DNA of 64,000 nucleotides, from the NCBI RefSeq assembly GCF_009914755.1, contig NC_060933.1; one strand, written 5' to 3'. Every line of letters starts with the position of its first letter. Position 1 is the stretch's first letter. Both the position numbers and the translations under genes were made by a program. Of this stretch, positions 40,035-52,842 are shown one piece after another. The stretch comes from the human T2T-CHM13v2.0 reference genome, Homo sapiens. Under the pieces are notes generated by a model, which did no database searches, was not told where the DNA came from, and saw only the letters and a list, made by a program, of their open reading frames with translations.

Positions 40035-40290
40035 AGTAGCTTCTGCCTAGAATACACTTTACCAAGGTATTCATTGGCAGTCTCTTCTGCCTCATTCAGG
40101 TCTCAGTTCAAATGCCACATCCACATAGAATTCTTTCTGGAACACCCAATGAAAATTGTTTTCTGCCTCATCCCATTTTTCCCTTTATTCATTTATTTTT
40201 AAATTGCATTTCTCATTTATAAGATGCCAGTGCTTAGAACAGTGCCTGAAACATAGTGTGATTTCAACAAATATTTATGAATTGCATGGA
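40035..40290 (+). mobile_element. L2 3' end
   Basis: ctcattcaggtctcagttcaaatgccac..cttagaacagtgcctg..caacaaatatttatgaattg. Confidence 0.75.
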
Positions 40291-40935
40291 TCTAATATTT
40301 TCTTCCCAAGAATAAACCTGACCTTTATGAAAACTACTAAGTGTATGTGGCACTTTCCACTTGCTTCCAAAGTCACTGTGCAACCAGTAATTTAATTAAA
40401 TTAATTACTTTGCAAAGTGCTTGGAGAAATCCAGGATATGAGAGTCAGGATGTAAAATAAAATACTTTCCATTCTGCATATACCAAAGCATTTTACAGAT
40501 AAATTACTAAAATATTGTGGGTCAGTGACCACAGAGAGCAAAGCTACTGCCTGGTCTAATGTAGCTCACCCAAAGCAAAGGTTTTATAAAGAAGTGAACT
40601 ATTGCACAAGGCACTGAAGTCTCCTTGCTCCCCTATTCAAAAATTGCCGTAAAATCTGATGTTTACACACCCATCTCTGACCAATGTCTTGGCTTGGAAT
40701 ATTAATGAGATAATAGCTTCCCAGCTGGGAAGCCTCTCCAATAGTAATTCTCAATAATGTATTTCTGGCTGTTCAAAGCTGGGTATAGAAAATAATCAGT
40801 ACACACATGAAGGATACAAAGTAAAAATTTCATGATGTACCTGCACGTCACAAGTAGTGACAATTCTGATCTTTTGTAAATAAGTGCTGATGGGTTTGGA
40901 GGTTCTAGTCATATTCAGTAGTTAGGCAGTTTTGT

Positions 40936-41226
40936 TTGTTTTTTGAGATGGAGCCTCGCTCTGTCACCCAGGCTGGAGTACAGTGGTGCAATCTTGGCTC
41001 ACTGCAACCACTGCCGCCCAGGGTCCAGTGATTCTGCTGCCCCAGCCTTGTGAGTAGCTGGGACTGCAGGTGCACACCACCACACCTGGCTAATTGTTGT
41101 ATTTTAAGTAGAGACGGGATTTCGCCATGTTGGCCAGGCTGGTCTCGAACTCCAGCCCTCAAGTGATCTGCCTACCTTGGGCTCTCAAAGTGCTGGGATT
41201 ACAGACAAGAGCCACCGTGCCTGGCC
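40936..41226 (-). mobile_element. AluS
   Basis: Alu dimer; degenerate TSD agtagttag(g/a)c(a/g)gttttgt. Confidence 0.93.
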
Positions 41227-42605
41227 TAGTAGTTAGACGGTTTTGTGATGTTTTATATCTATGTATGTCTCATTAGACTTACCTCAAGGTAAGTAACTAT
41301 CTTTTTCACCCTATACCCCATAGATGAACCAGTGTGTGGTACAGAGTAAGTACTTAGTAATGACAGCTGCTGTTCCTACTCATTCATGCTGTCTTTCACT
41401 TCTCCCAGCTTGAGGCAGAGCTTGCACAGAACTTACAAATCTAGGACAACACAGATTAGGAAAAAGTGAAGTGACAAGTGATGCAGGAAGGAAAGAAAGG
41501 TGACACAGGCTGGTGCGCTATCAAGCTTCTCAAGGAAACAGCCAGTTTTACTGTCACAAGGGATGTCTCTAGGGAGGCCCTCATGGATGGAACTAAAGCA
41601 AATTTGAGCAGCATATCAACAATTGTTGGTATAGTTGTACTTAGGTATGCCCTTTTCCTATTTGTTTTGACTTGTCTCACCTGTTTTTGTCACTCTGTTC
41701 CTCCTTTACTGACTTTTTTTGTATTAATAGAATAAATGTTCCATATTTATTGTTTTTGGCATTATAATCATATCTCTTACAATGTATAGAAAATTTTCAT
41801 CACCTAAAAGCTTGTTTTTTTCCTTCTATTTGGGATATTTTCTATTTCTATATCTTTAGTTATTATTTCATTTTTGTTGTTATTGTTTTTCAGTTTGTTT
41901 TGCAAGCCAGGACTTTAAAAAATTTTAGATTGGACAATGAAAATGTTATGTTGTTGGTTGTTGGCTTTGATTATATTCCTTTAAAAGATATACTATCCAA
42001 CATCTTTTAAAGGAATGCAATTAAAGTTCAATCATTCAAGGCTTGCTTTTAAACTTTTTAGAGTGAATGATAGAACACTCTTTAGTATATGGCCACATCA
42101 TTTCTTTTGTGGGTTCTATTTGATACTCTGTATGTTACAAGGTTTTTCTAGTCTGGTTGGGTATACACCAACTGTCCCTACCTCTGTGTGATGTGTAGGG
42201 ATTGTTCTGCTTACTCAAAATGATTCTTTTTCTACCTTCGGTAGTTTCATCTCACACATGTGCAGGTAAATCTTCAATTACACACTCAAGACATCCTTAC
42301 TACACATCTTCAGAGCTCTTTGTCAGTTCAGAACCCTCCTTTCCAGTAGTTGAGCCCACAAATTCCAGCTCCTTTGCCTTCCCTGAGATAAGATCTCTAT
42401 CTCTTCAAGTCCACAATTCTCTCAGGCTTTGTTTGTATTTCCTCTTCCTACACAGCAGTTTGGAAACCGACCCCAAGAAGTAAACTAGTGCAGTCATAGA
42501 GCTCTCTTGGTTTATTCTCTCGCCTCTGAGATGAGAGTATCGTGCAGCCTGTTGGTCAGCATCTGAAAATCATTGTTTCATAGATTTTCATAGATTAAAA
42601 ACCTG

Positions 42606-42903
42606 GGCCGGGCGCGGTGGCTCACGCCTGTAATCCCAGCACTTTGGGAGGCCGAGGCGGGCGGATCACGAGGTCAGGAGATTGAGACCATCCTGGCTAA
42701 CATGGTGAAACCCCGTCTCTACTAAAAAATACAAAAAATTAAGCAGGCGTGGTGACGGGCGCCTATAGAACCAGCTACGCGGGAGGCTGAGAAGGAGAAT
42801 GGTGTGAACCCAGGAGGCGGAGCTTGCAGGGAGCCGAGTTCGCGCCACTGCACTCCAGCCTGGGTGACAGGGCGAGACTCCGTCTCAGACAAAAAAAAAA
42901 AAA
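42606..42903 (+). mobile_element. AluY without a direct TSD
   Basis: ggatcacgaggtcaggagattgagaccatcctggctaac..gcggagcttgcag. Confidence 0.96.
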
Positions 42904-43610
42904 GACAGGTTTTCTAATAGGCTTTTTATGGCTTTCTTTGGGTTTGATTTAATGTTCTTTTTCTGCCTGCTTTAGCTAGAAAATTAGAACACAGATTTGA
43001 AGTTTATCATCTTTTTCCAAGTGCATTTAAGACTCTACGTCCTATTTTAATGTAGGTCTTACTTCAATTTACAAATTGTGATAGGTTCTGTCGTTACTAT
43101 CATTTGGTTTAAAACTTTTTGTTATTTCTGTTGTTATTTTATCTTTGACTCAGGTGGTTTTTCTGTTATTTGTTTTTATAGATGTTTATCACTTAATTTC
43201 CAAGAATGTGAGGATTTCCTAGTATATTTGAATTGTTAATTTTTGTCCTAAATTTACTCTGGTCAGATTATATACTGTGAATGATTTCAATCAAAATAGG
43301 TTTACACAAGTTCTGAAATGACATAATTTAAAGTTGGTAATGGTTTATGTGCACTTGCAAAAAATGTGTGTTGTATCTGGATTGTCTGCACAGTTTTACA
43401 TATGTAATTAGATCCATTTTAAATTTAAAGTCTTTCATATATTAACTGATATTTTTTCTGTTCTATCAGTTATTGAGAGAAATGTAATAAATTCTATTAA
43501 GATTGTTGATTTGCTTGTTTTTTTGTTTCAGTTTTGTAAATATTTGCTTTATATATGTTGAATCTAATTTACTGAGTGCCTAAAGATTTAGAATTTTAAT
43601 ACTCCTGGTA

Positions 43611-43975
43611 TGCTATGGTTTGAATGTTTGTCTTCTCCAAAACTCATGTTGAAATTTAATTGCTATTGTGAAGGCATTGGGAAGTGGGACCTTTAAGAAA
43701 TGGTGTTTAGATCATTAGGGCTCCATCCTCATAAATGGATTAATATTATCGTGGATGTGGGTTCACCCCTTTTTGCTCTCCCTCTCTTTCTTTAACCCCT
43801 TCTTGGTTTTCTGCCTTCTGCCATGGGATAGGGCAACAAAAAGGCTGTCACCAAATGCTGGCCCCTTCATCTTGGACTTCTTACCCTCCAGAATCATGAG
43901 TCAATAAATTTCTGTTTATTATAAATTACCCAGTTTCAGGTATTCTGTTACAGCAGCACAAAATGGACAAGGGCA
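43611..43975 (+). mobile_element. MST-family (MSTB/D-like) solo LTR
   Basis: TGCTATGGTTTGAATGTTTGTC..cagcagcacaaaatggacaagggCA; TSD tggta/tgata. Confidence 0.88.
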
Positions 43976-45609
43976 TGATATATTTTCACTTTTATCACTA
44001 TGACATATGTCTGTAATTATATTTTTGAAAGTTAACTTTAATATTAGCATTGAATGTTTTTTTATATTCCCTTTTTTTCCTGCAATTTTTTTGGCATAGT
44101 GTATTATTTTTAATCCTTTTATTTATAATCATTGTGGATCCTTATAATAAAAGTGAGTCACTTCTAAGCAACAAATGCAACTTCTTGTTTATTTGTAATT
44201 CAAGTATTACTGTCTTAGTGTTGTATATAGTGTATCTATTTCTTTTATTGCTTTGTTATTATTGAAATGTTTGGATCAATAGCTAACATTTATTGTCCAT
44301 CCTCCAATGTTTTGAGGTTCTTTTACTTTTTTGTCTTGTTCACATTTGAATTAATAAAATGTTTTTTAATTTTATGTTCTTTCTTTCACATTTTTAATTT
44401 TAATCTTTTATTTTTTATACATTCCTTTACATGACTATTATAGCGATTATAACAAGAAAACTTGAACTATTATAGTTTATTTTTCTTCTACCATTTCTAT
44501 ATAAATCTATAACTTTCTAACATTTTAACTTTCTTTGTCCCTCTGCTGAGGTTTTATTTTGTTCGAGGCATTTTAGCCTAAACATATTTTAAAATCTATG
44601 AGGCATTTTTCTTTTGGTTTATATAGTCAAAATCCATTGACACTTACTCACATATTTGCCCATTCTTCCTGTACATCATGACTCTATCTGGGATTTTTTT
44701 TTTCTTTCGCAATAACTCCTTGCATATATCTTTCAATAAAGAATTGCTCATAATAAATTCTCTTAATAGTTTGGTCTGAAGTTATCTTCATTCCATTTTA
44801 AAAACTTTTTGTTTGTACAAAATTCCAGTTTGACACTTTAAAAATTATATTAATATGAAATGTGTTTTCCTATGGCCTCCATGGTCTCTACAGAACTCAA
44901 ATGTTATTTTTTTTTCTGTTAATTTGAAGGCACTGTGTCTTCCTCTCTCATCATGCCTCCCTCTTAGATGTTTTCAAAATTTTCCCTTTGGTTTTTGGGA
45001 TTATTTCAATTGCCTAGATATAATTTTCTTTCTACTTATTCTACTCAGGGTTTTCATAACTTATTGAATCTGTGTATTAGAGGCTTTAATCAATTTTGGA
45101 AAACTTTTGGTAATTTTATCCTCAAATATATCTTCTGCTTCATTCTCTTTTCCATTTTCAAACTTGAAAAATGCTTTTGTTCAACTATTTCCCCATATTC
45201 CACAAGACTATTTATACTTCTACTTGCATTTTTCCTCTTTGTCCTCTGAGAGACCTTCTGGTTCTCTAACCACATTTTCTGCTAATAAATCAATCTATTA
45301 ATTCTTAAGTTTAGTTGTACTTTTAGTTTTAGATGCCCATTTGGTTATTTTTTATACATTTCAATTCTTTGGTAAAATTCTTTATTTTTTCATTAATTTT
45401 CTATCTTGATTTCCTTGACCATATTAATCCAAATTATTTAAAAGTCTTTGATTGATAACACAAATGTCATGTTCAAATCTCTTTCTATTGTCTATTCTTT
45501 TCTTTTAATTTTAGTCATATAATTCTCACTCTTGGTATGTTTAGAACTTTTTGATTGAGTGTTAGTCATTTTAGTTGTTTTTTGCTTTCTCAGTGGTCAA
45601 AATATTTCA

Positions 45610-46750
45610 TCCTAACTGAAACTGAAGCTCATCAAATTACAAATTCTAAAATGCTGCCAAGTATCACAGATATCACAAAATCGGGAGAAAAATTAAAAAT
45701 TTAACTACAACTTGGCATATCTCTGAAAAATTTTTTCCACTTTTTTAGTAGAAATTTTTATGTAACAATTGCTTTATAATATTCCTATAGGTATGCTAAG
45801 GAATAAATGTATATTTATTTTATACATTTGTATATTTTATACATTTGTGTATATATGTATATTTTATATACATAGATTTCTTTTATCATGGCTGGTTAGA
45901 ATTTGCTTTAAATTATTAATTTAGAAAAGGTTCAGCTTCATAATTTATCAATAATGTCTAATTATTATTAGTTGATTTTATATTTGAGTCATCTATAGAT
46001 TACTTTTTCATAAATACTGTACAGTTGCAAATGCATTAGTAATTTCAGCACCACTACATGTTAATGCAGTATAGGAACTCTGATACAAGTCTCATTACAC
46101 ACACACACACACACACACACATTCCATTATTGATCAAGTATATTATTGACAGGAGAAAATGTCTGTTTTGACTAAGCATTGATGAGAATCAACCTTTTAC
46201 TTACACTTTATGTCTGATGATCGAAATAATTTTCTCCAGAACAGTTTCTGGCTTCCTACATTTCAATTCTTTTTTTCATCTTCAACCACACATGCTTTCA
46301 GAAGTATGAAGTGTAGGACATAGCTATGTTGCAAAATTGCCTTTGTCCTTGTGCCTCCACACCTTAGTGCCAGTTACATCAGTAGTGTGGGCAATAGGAG
46401 TGTTTCTGGAAGCTATTCCAATAATAGAACAATAAATACTTCATTATACGTGGTAGTGTTCAACCACATAATAGACTCAACTCAGACTTTCCTTTAGCCA
46501 GATGCCCAAAAAGCCTATGGCCATTCTAGTGTGACCCAATACCAAACGAACATGATGGAGAGGAATTTGGAAAAGACAAGACAGTGATCTTATCTAATTA
46601 AAGTTAAAATAGATCACTTTAAATTTTTTTTTCCAAAGCATATGATTATATGAACTAATTTCTGGAGCTCCTCCTAGAATCTAATAAGGTACCTATAAAG
46701 TTTGGATCTTTGAAGATTAAGCCTCATTAGCTTCAAGGCAAACCTGTCTA
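45610..46750. mobile_element. Zaphod/MER115-family hAT-Tip100 element
   Basis: tatcacaaaatc..gaaaaa near left end; right end tgaagattaagcctcattagcttcaaggcaaacctg. Confidence 0.65.
46097..46121. repeat. (CA)12 microsatellite
   Basis: Direct inspection. Confidence 0.95.
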
Positions 46751-46964
46751 TTATATAAAATGGTTGGGAGGAGGTAAGAGAGAAAAGTTATAAAAAGAAT
46801 GAGGAATCATTAGAAATAGAAGGTTTTTTTTTTTAAATAAGAAGATAAGAGTAACTCACTGAATGAAGAGACTTTGGTGACACTGAAGGAGACAAATATT
46901 AAAAGAAACAAAATAATTATGAAGATAACACCATTGGAAAAAATACAATGATTGTGCCAGGTAA

Positions 46965-47200
46965 TATTTTTGATCACTTATTAAGTGACTGGTCCTATAT
47001 TAAGCAATTTAAATCCATACTTTCATTTAACCCTTATAAAATATATGTGAGGTTGGTGATTATTTTGTGCCTAATTTTGTAAAGTAGAAAACTAAGGCCC
47101 TGGTAGGCTAAGTAGCTTTCCCAAGATCACATAGTTAGTAAGTGGTAGCCATAAAGTTGAACCTGGATCTGTTGGATTCATTGTTTGTTCTTTTAGCTAC
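46965..47200 (-). mobile_element. MIR
   Basis: tttcatttaacccttata..gaaaactaaggcc..cccaagatcacatagttagtaagtggtag. Confidence 0.8.
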
Positions 47201-48695
47201 CTCATTAGAGTAGAAACACATGAGAAACTAAAGGCTAGGAAAAAAATGAGGATATTAATTACAATGTAGAATGACCAGCAATATATGAAACATCTTTTAT
47301 TTATTTTTGATTTTTAATTATCACTATGTTTAAGCATATAAAAATAATCTACTCCCATTGTTGTTTTGCTAAATCCAAAATAATACTTTTTTTCATTAAC
47401 AGTATGACTTTGATGCAGCAGTGACAGTTAAAAAGATTTATTTATTGACAAATATTAAGGACCTTTAGTAATTACAAATTATGATGCATGAGAAAAATGA
47501 TGAGGATAAATTAACTAATGTTTGCAGAGCTTTTTAAATATTAAAAGGGTCCCTAAGATTTTAGTATTATACACAATATTGGTTAATTAATAATGGCTTG
47601 GGAGGACCAGTTTTAAATTTTCTGATCTTAGTGCACCTAAATTCACGATGATGTTTTACACATTGACTATGCGAATGATAAGGAAAAATCCAGTCATGGG
47701 TTTCATTTCCAACTGAGCAGAAAAAAAGTCTATTTGGACTATTAACTTTTGATTTTTTTTCTAAGACAAATGTATAGGTAAATTTTATTCCCTGATTAGG
47801 GACATAGTGGTGAAAGAGAGCAGTATTAAGAATTAAGACGCAAGACTGTTAGCCCCCACATCAGACAAATTATCCTTATACTGCCTGTCAATGTTGTTAA
47901 CAGAGACTGTTATTTTACTAATCCTCATGATCCAAATAATTTCTTTTTTTATGTTTCAGGGCACAGCAGGTGAGAGAGTGGATTTGTTAAGCTGGGTGGG
48001 TTTATCCTTCTTTTATGTGTTTGTTCAATTTTATGTTCATTTACTTATTGTACACATATGGCAATAGAAGCTGCTAAAGCAATCACTGTTATCCTGCAAA
48101 ACAACAAAGCACAGAAGCAGATGTTATATTTCCAAGATTTTTTTTTACTCAGGATTATTATGATTAAAGATTCTCTCCTTCCCTCCGCCTTTGAAGGAGA
48201 GCAGGGGTTGCTTTCTGGAGGCTTTCTAATGACTCAGGGAAAGGCTCCAATATCCTCGCATTACAGCAATCCACCCCAGGGGCAAACCACACATGAATAT
48301 TATGAATTTATTTTATTTTTCAAAATTATATGGATGAAGAAAATCAGCAAAGTGGCATCATAACAGGTTTGTTATAGTTGTATTAAGTATATTGAAAAAG
48401 CAAAACACAGCACCTTATTTCAAACTGAGAAAATAATTATGTACATCCAAGGCTGGTCTTAGAAAAAGAAGATTTAATTCACACTGGGGCAAGAGGTTAG
48501 CTTCTGTTTTCAGCCAGGTAGCTATTTCAAGAATTAAACATTGTGAGTAATATAGGAAATAGAAGGGATAGTCTAAGACAGGGCAAGCATACTTTGCATC
48601 AGGAAAGACAATTCAAGGTTTAAGGTTTTTTTATTTTCTTCTTTTTAAAAAGCTGCCTGATTTCAATTAGATAGAAAAAGCTGGATTTGATTTAT

Positions 48696-48762
48696 TTTCT
48701 TTCTTTTCTTTTCTTTTCTTTTCTTTGCTTTCTTTTTTCTTTTTTTTTTTTTTTGCTTTTTT
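48696..48762. repeat. (TTTTC)n / poly-T tract
   Basis: Direct inspection. Confidence 0.9.
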
Positions 48763-49404
48763 TACTTTGGATATTTGACCTCTAAGCTGAGATGACTGAA
48801 ACTTCCTTCTTTGAGCATCAACCTTTTTGAAATACTGTTTTCCTCTCCCTAAGGGCTTTTTATCTTTTGATGGTATTGTCTACATTCCTCACCAAAAGGT
48901 AAACATTTGTCCTTGCACTGAACTCTGAGGTCTCCTGATAAAAAGGAAGCTGAATAGAAGAAGAATTAAAGGCCAATATGTTTATTTCGCTCTCAAGTGC
49001 ATTGATGTGTATGTATGTGTTGAGAGATAGGAGTGGGCTTGAGAGCGAGGGGTAAATACTTTGTGAGGCTGTCTACCTATAGGCTTAGAAGTTTACAGGG
49101 GTATTAGGACAAGCATTACTATTAGCATGAAGAGGAGAGTTGAACTCAATTGCAACAGCATCTAGCTAAACACATAGTGCAATAAGTCAATGATACACAT
49201 TAGTATTGTGTTCAACCCTTCTCCCTCCCTGTTCCTGCTAATTGGAAATTTCAATCCATTTCAGACAATCAGCACAAGTGTCAGTCATTTTCCATAGCAC
49301 AGCTCTTCCAGGAGGAAGAAATGGAATACACATAGCAACAGACCTCAAGTCACAGCCCATGTGTCTTACATTTTTATGTGATCACTAGTTGACTTGCAGC
49401 CCAT

Positions 49405-49580
49405 AAGCAGTTTGCAAATTTGCTGCACATTAGGATCACTTGGGAAATTTTGAAAAAATCCCCATGCCCAGGCTCCTCTCCAGATCTACTAAATCAGAAT
49501 CTGGAGGTAGGGCCCAGAAGCCAATGTCTTTTAATGCTCTTTAGGTAATTCAAATGAGCAGCAAAATTTGAGTATCACTT
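49405..49580. mobile_element. MER5-family MITE
   Basis: gctgcacattaggatcacttggg..aaatcagaatct..ggtaattc..ttgagtatcact. Confidence 0.75.
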
Positions 49581-51648
49581 CAATAGGGAAACAAAACAAA
49601 CTTATTCCACATGCATAAAGTATGGACAATCCATATAGCAATATATATTTCTTTCTTTCTCTTCTCTTCATTCTGTTTATGTTTCAAATAAGGTTTGATA
49701 TAGAATAATGAGGAGCAAGATAGCTGACTAGTGTTGCCAGGTGCTGGTCCCCCACAACAAAAAGGGACCAAAACAATGAATAAACAACTATACCTCAAGT
49801 GGAGTGATTGAGAAAGTATGCTGGAGAGCACCAGGGAGCAGTGAAATCCCTGTGGAGTACAGAAGCCTAGGATAGCACCATAGAGAAGGAAGCAACACAC
49901 CCTGCCTCTGCTGCACTGTTTCCCCTGCTGCAATCAGCTTTGAGTCAGGGGAAGTTATTCTACTAGGAAGAGGCAAGCTGGAGACTCCCAGTGGTCTCAA
50001 TAGCTGCCAGAGATGCCAGAAATCCTTGCTACAGGAGAGTCCCTCAGTCATTACAGACCCTAAATACAGTTTGTAAAGTTGCTGAAAGTTCATGCAGCAG
50101 CATTGCCCCAGAGTAAGAGCCTAGGTTGTATACCCACCACTCCTATGACCTAAGCTGCAACAACCAGGTGCCATCTTGAAACTGGACCCACCGCTAGAGT
50201 GTGTCCTGCCCTGGAGGCCAGGAGCCACTGCCTCTATTCTTGAAGCTCCACTGTTATTCTACCATGTTCATATGAGTGCCTGTAGCACCACGAGCCTGGC
50301 TTCACTAAGCCTGCACCCCCATCCCCAAAGAACAGGTGGATCTGCACAGCAAGGCAGCTGCAGAACAGCCAGTCAGCCCACTGTGCCAATGCATACCCAT
50401 AACAAGCCTAACAGAGCGGCGACTGCCCTGTCTCCTAGAGCTACCACCACATAAGCAATCTGCTCACTGCACTGTGTGCACCTGCACCTAGACCAACAAC
50501 CACTTTTTCATCAGCTCTGTCTGCTGTAGAGACTACCACACAGCTGACGGGCCCAATAGTGAGTCTGGTGGCAGACTCATCTCCCTGGAGACATTGCCAC
50601 ACAGTAGTCTGGTGATGTGTGCATGCCTGGCCCAAAAGCCAGCTCAGTAGTGGCCCTGCTGCCCCAGAGAACCCATCACACACCCTGCCATCCTATCACT
50701 CCTGAATGTGCCCAGCCTGAAAACCAGCTAGGCACCCCCACCTTCAGAAAAATTATACCACTGAAGTCACAAGCTTTCAGAGGTTAGTTCACTGAGGTAA
50801 TCACAGACATCACCAACAAAAATTACAGCTGAAGAAACTGCATGGGGCCCATGCTGTTGAGTCCACCTAGTTCCAAAGCCAATGTACCATATCCAACCAA
50901 TACCCTTAGGACCCTGTAGATGTACAGAATAACTGTATCTCTATGAAAGTTATCCATAAAATTGGAAAAAGCTACTGTTCTATTAGATGTGCATCTATCA
51001 ATGTAGGAAGACAAGAAACATGAAAAAGGAAAGAAATGTAACATCCCCAAAGAAACATAGTAAGTCTCTAGTAACAGACCTCGAAGAAAATTATATTTAC
51101 AAATTGCCTTAAAATCTTCATAATAATTATCTTAAGGAAACTCAATGAGATACAAAAGAATACAAACAATAAAATCATAAAGTACTATTTATTATATGAA
51201 TGAATAATTTAGCAGAGAGGTAAATATCATAAAAAGGCACCAAACAGGAATCTTGGAGGTGAAAGTTTCAATGAATGAAATAAAAAATACAACTGAGAGC
51301 TTCCACAACCAACTAAATCAAACTTAAGAAAAAATTTTCAAACTTTAAGATAGGTCTTCTGAAATAACCCAGTTAGAGGGAATAAAAAAGAAATAAGAAT
51401 TTTAAAAAGTAAAAAACCTACCAGGCCTATGAAATACCATTGAGTAAACAAATATTTGCATTATAGTATTACCAGCGGGAAAAGAGATAGAGACAGGCAC
51501 AGAAAACCTGTTTAACAAAATAATAGCTAAAAAATTCTTGTCTTGAGAGAGACATAGGCATCCAGATCCAGAGAGATCAAAAGTCTCAAACCAGATCCAA
51601 AAAGATTCCCTTTGGGACACATTATAATCAAACTGTCAAAAGTCAAAG

Positions 51649-51734
51649 GGAGGTCAAGGCTGCAGTGAGCCATGATTATGCCACTGCACTTCAGCCTTGG
51701 TGACAGAGCAAGATCCTGTCTCAAAACCAAAAAT
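51649..51734 (+). mobile_element. 5'-truncated AluJ inside L1 ORF1
   Basis: ggaggtcaaggctgcagtgagccatgatt; TSD agtcaaag (51641, 51735). Confidence 0.9.
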
Positions 51735-52842
51735 AGTCAAAGATAGAATTCTAAAAGTTGCAAGAGAAAAGCACCAAGTTGCATGTAAGGGTATCTCCAT
51801 TAGACTATCAGCATATTTCTCACCAGAAAACTTGCAGGCCAGGAGAAAATGGGATGGTATACTTAAAGTGCTGAAAGAAAAAAAAATGACTATGTTTAAT
51901 ACTATCTACAGCAAAGCTATTAATTACAAATGAAGAAAAGCAGACAAGCAAAAGCTGAAAGAATTCATCACCACTTGACTGACCTTACAAGAAATGCTTA
52001 AGGGGGTTCTGCAACTGGAAATAAAAGGATGATGATTACTATCATGAAAACATGTGAACATATAAAACATATCAGTAGAGGTAAATTTGCAATCAAACTC
52101 AGAACACTCCAGGGCTGTAATAATGCTATGTAAATCTCTCAGTTCTCTAGTATAAAGCTTTAAAGTCAAAATGGTCAAAACACACACACACAAACCAGAG
52201 TTACAATTAGTGACAAAGGGGCACACATAAGGATGTAAATAAAGGTAACAAAACTATAAATTGTGGGAGGAAAAGAAAGAGTCAGGAGTATTTTTATGTA
52301 ACCAAAGCTAAGTTGTTATCAGTTTAAGATAGTTTATAACTACAAGACTCTTTATGTTAACGCTGTGGTAACCACGCACCAAAAAAAATTACAGCAGATA
52401 CACAAATGAGAGAGAGAAAGAAAACAAAGCTTAGCACCACAAACACACACACAAAACACCAAAACACAGAGATAAACAACAAGAGGGAAAGACAGAAACA
52501 AAGGAACTATAAAACAACAAGGCAACAATTTTTAAAATGTCAAGAATAAGTTATATCTTATTAATAATAACCTTGAATGTAAATGGATTAAATTATCCAT
52601 TTAAAAAATATAGAGTGGCTGCATGATTTGAAAAATAGACCTAACTATACACTGCTTATAAGAGACTCACCTCACTGTTCAAGGCAACATAAAGTCTTAA
52701 AGTGAAAAGATGGAAAAAGTTATCCATGCAAATGGAAACAAAAAGCAAGCAGGAGTAGACATATCAGATAAAGTCAGCTTAAAGTAAAATAAACAAAACA
52801 CAACAACAAAAAAAAAACTTTTAGACAAAAAAGAGGTCATTA

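Larger units (their letters stand above)
41620..45570 (-). mobile_element. Old L1M (L1ME/L1MD-like) fragments: 5' region 41800-42590; ORF2-to-ORF1 region 42920-45570
   Basis: T-rich; e.g. ctctggtcagattatatactgtgaatgatttcaa, ttctatcagttattgagaga. Confidence 0.65.
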
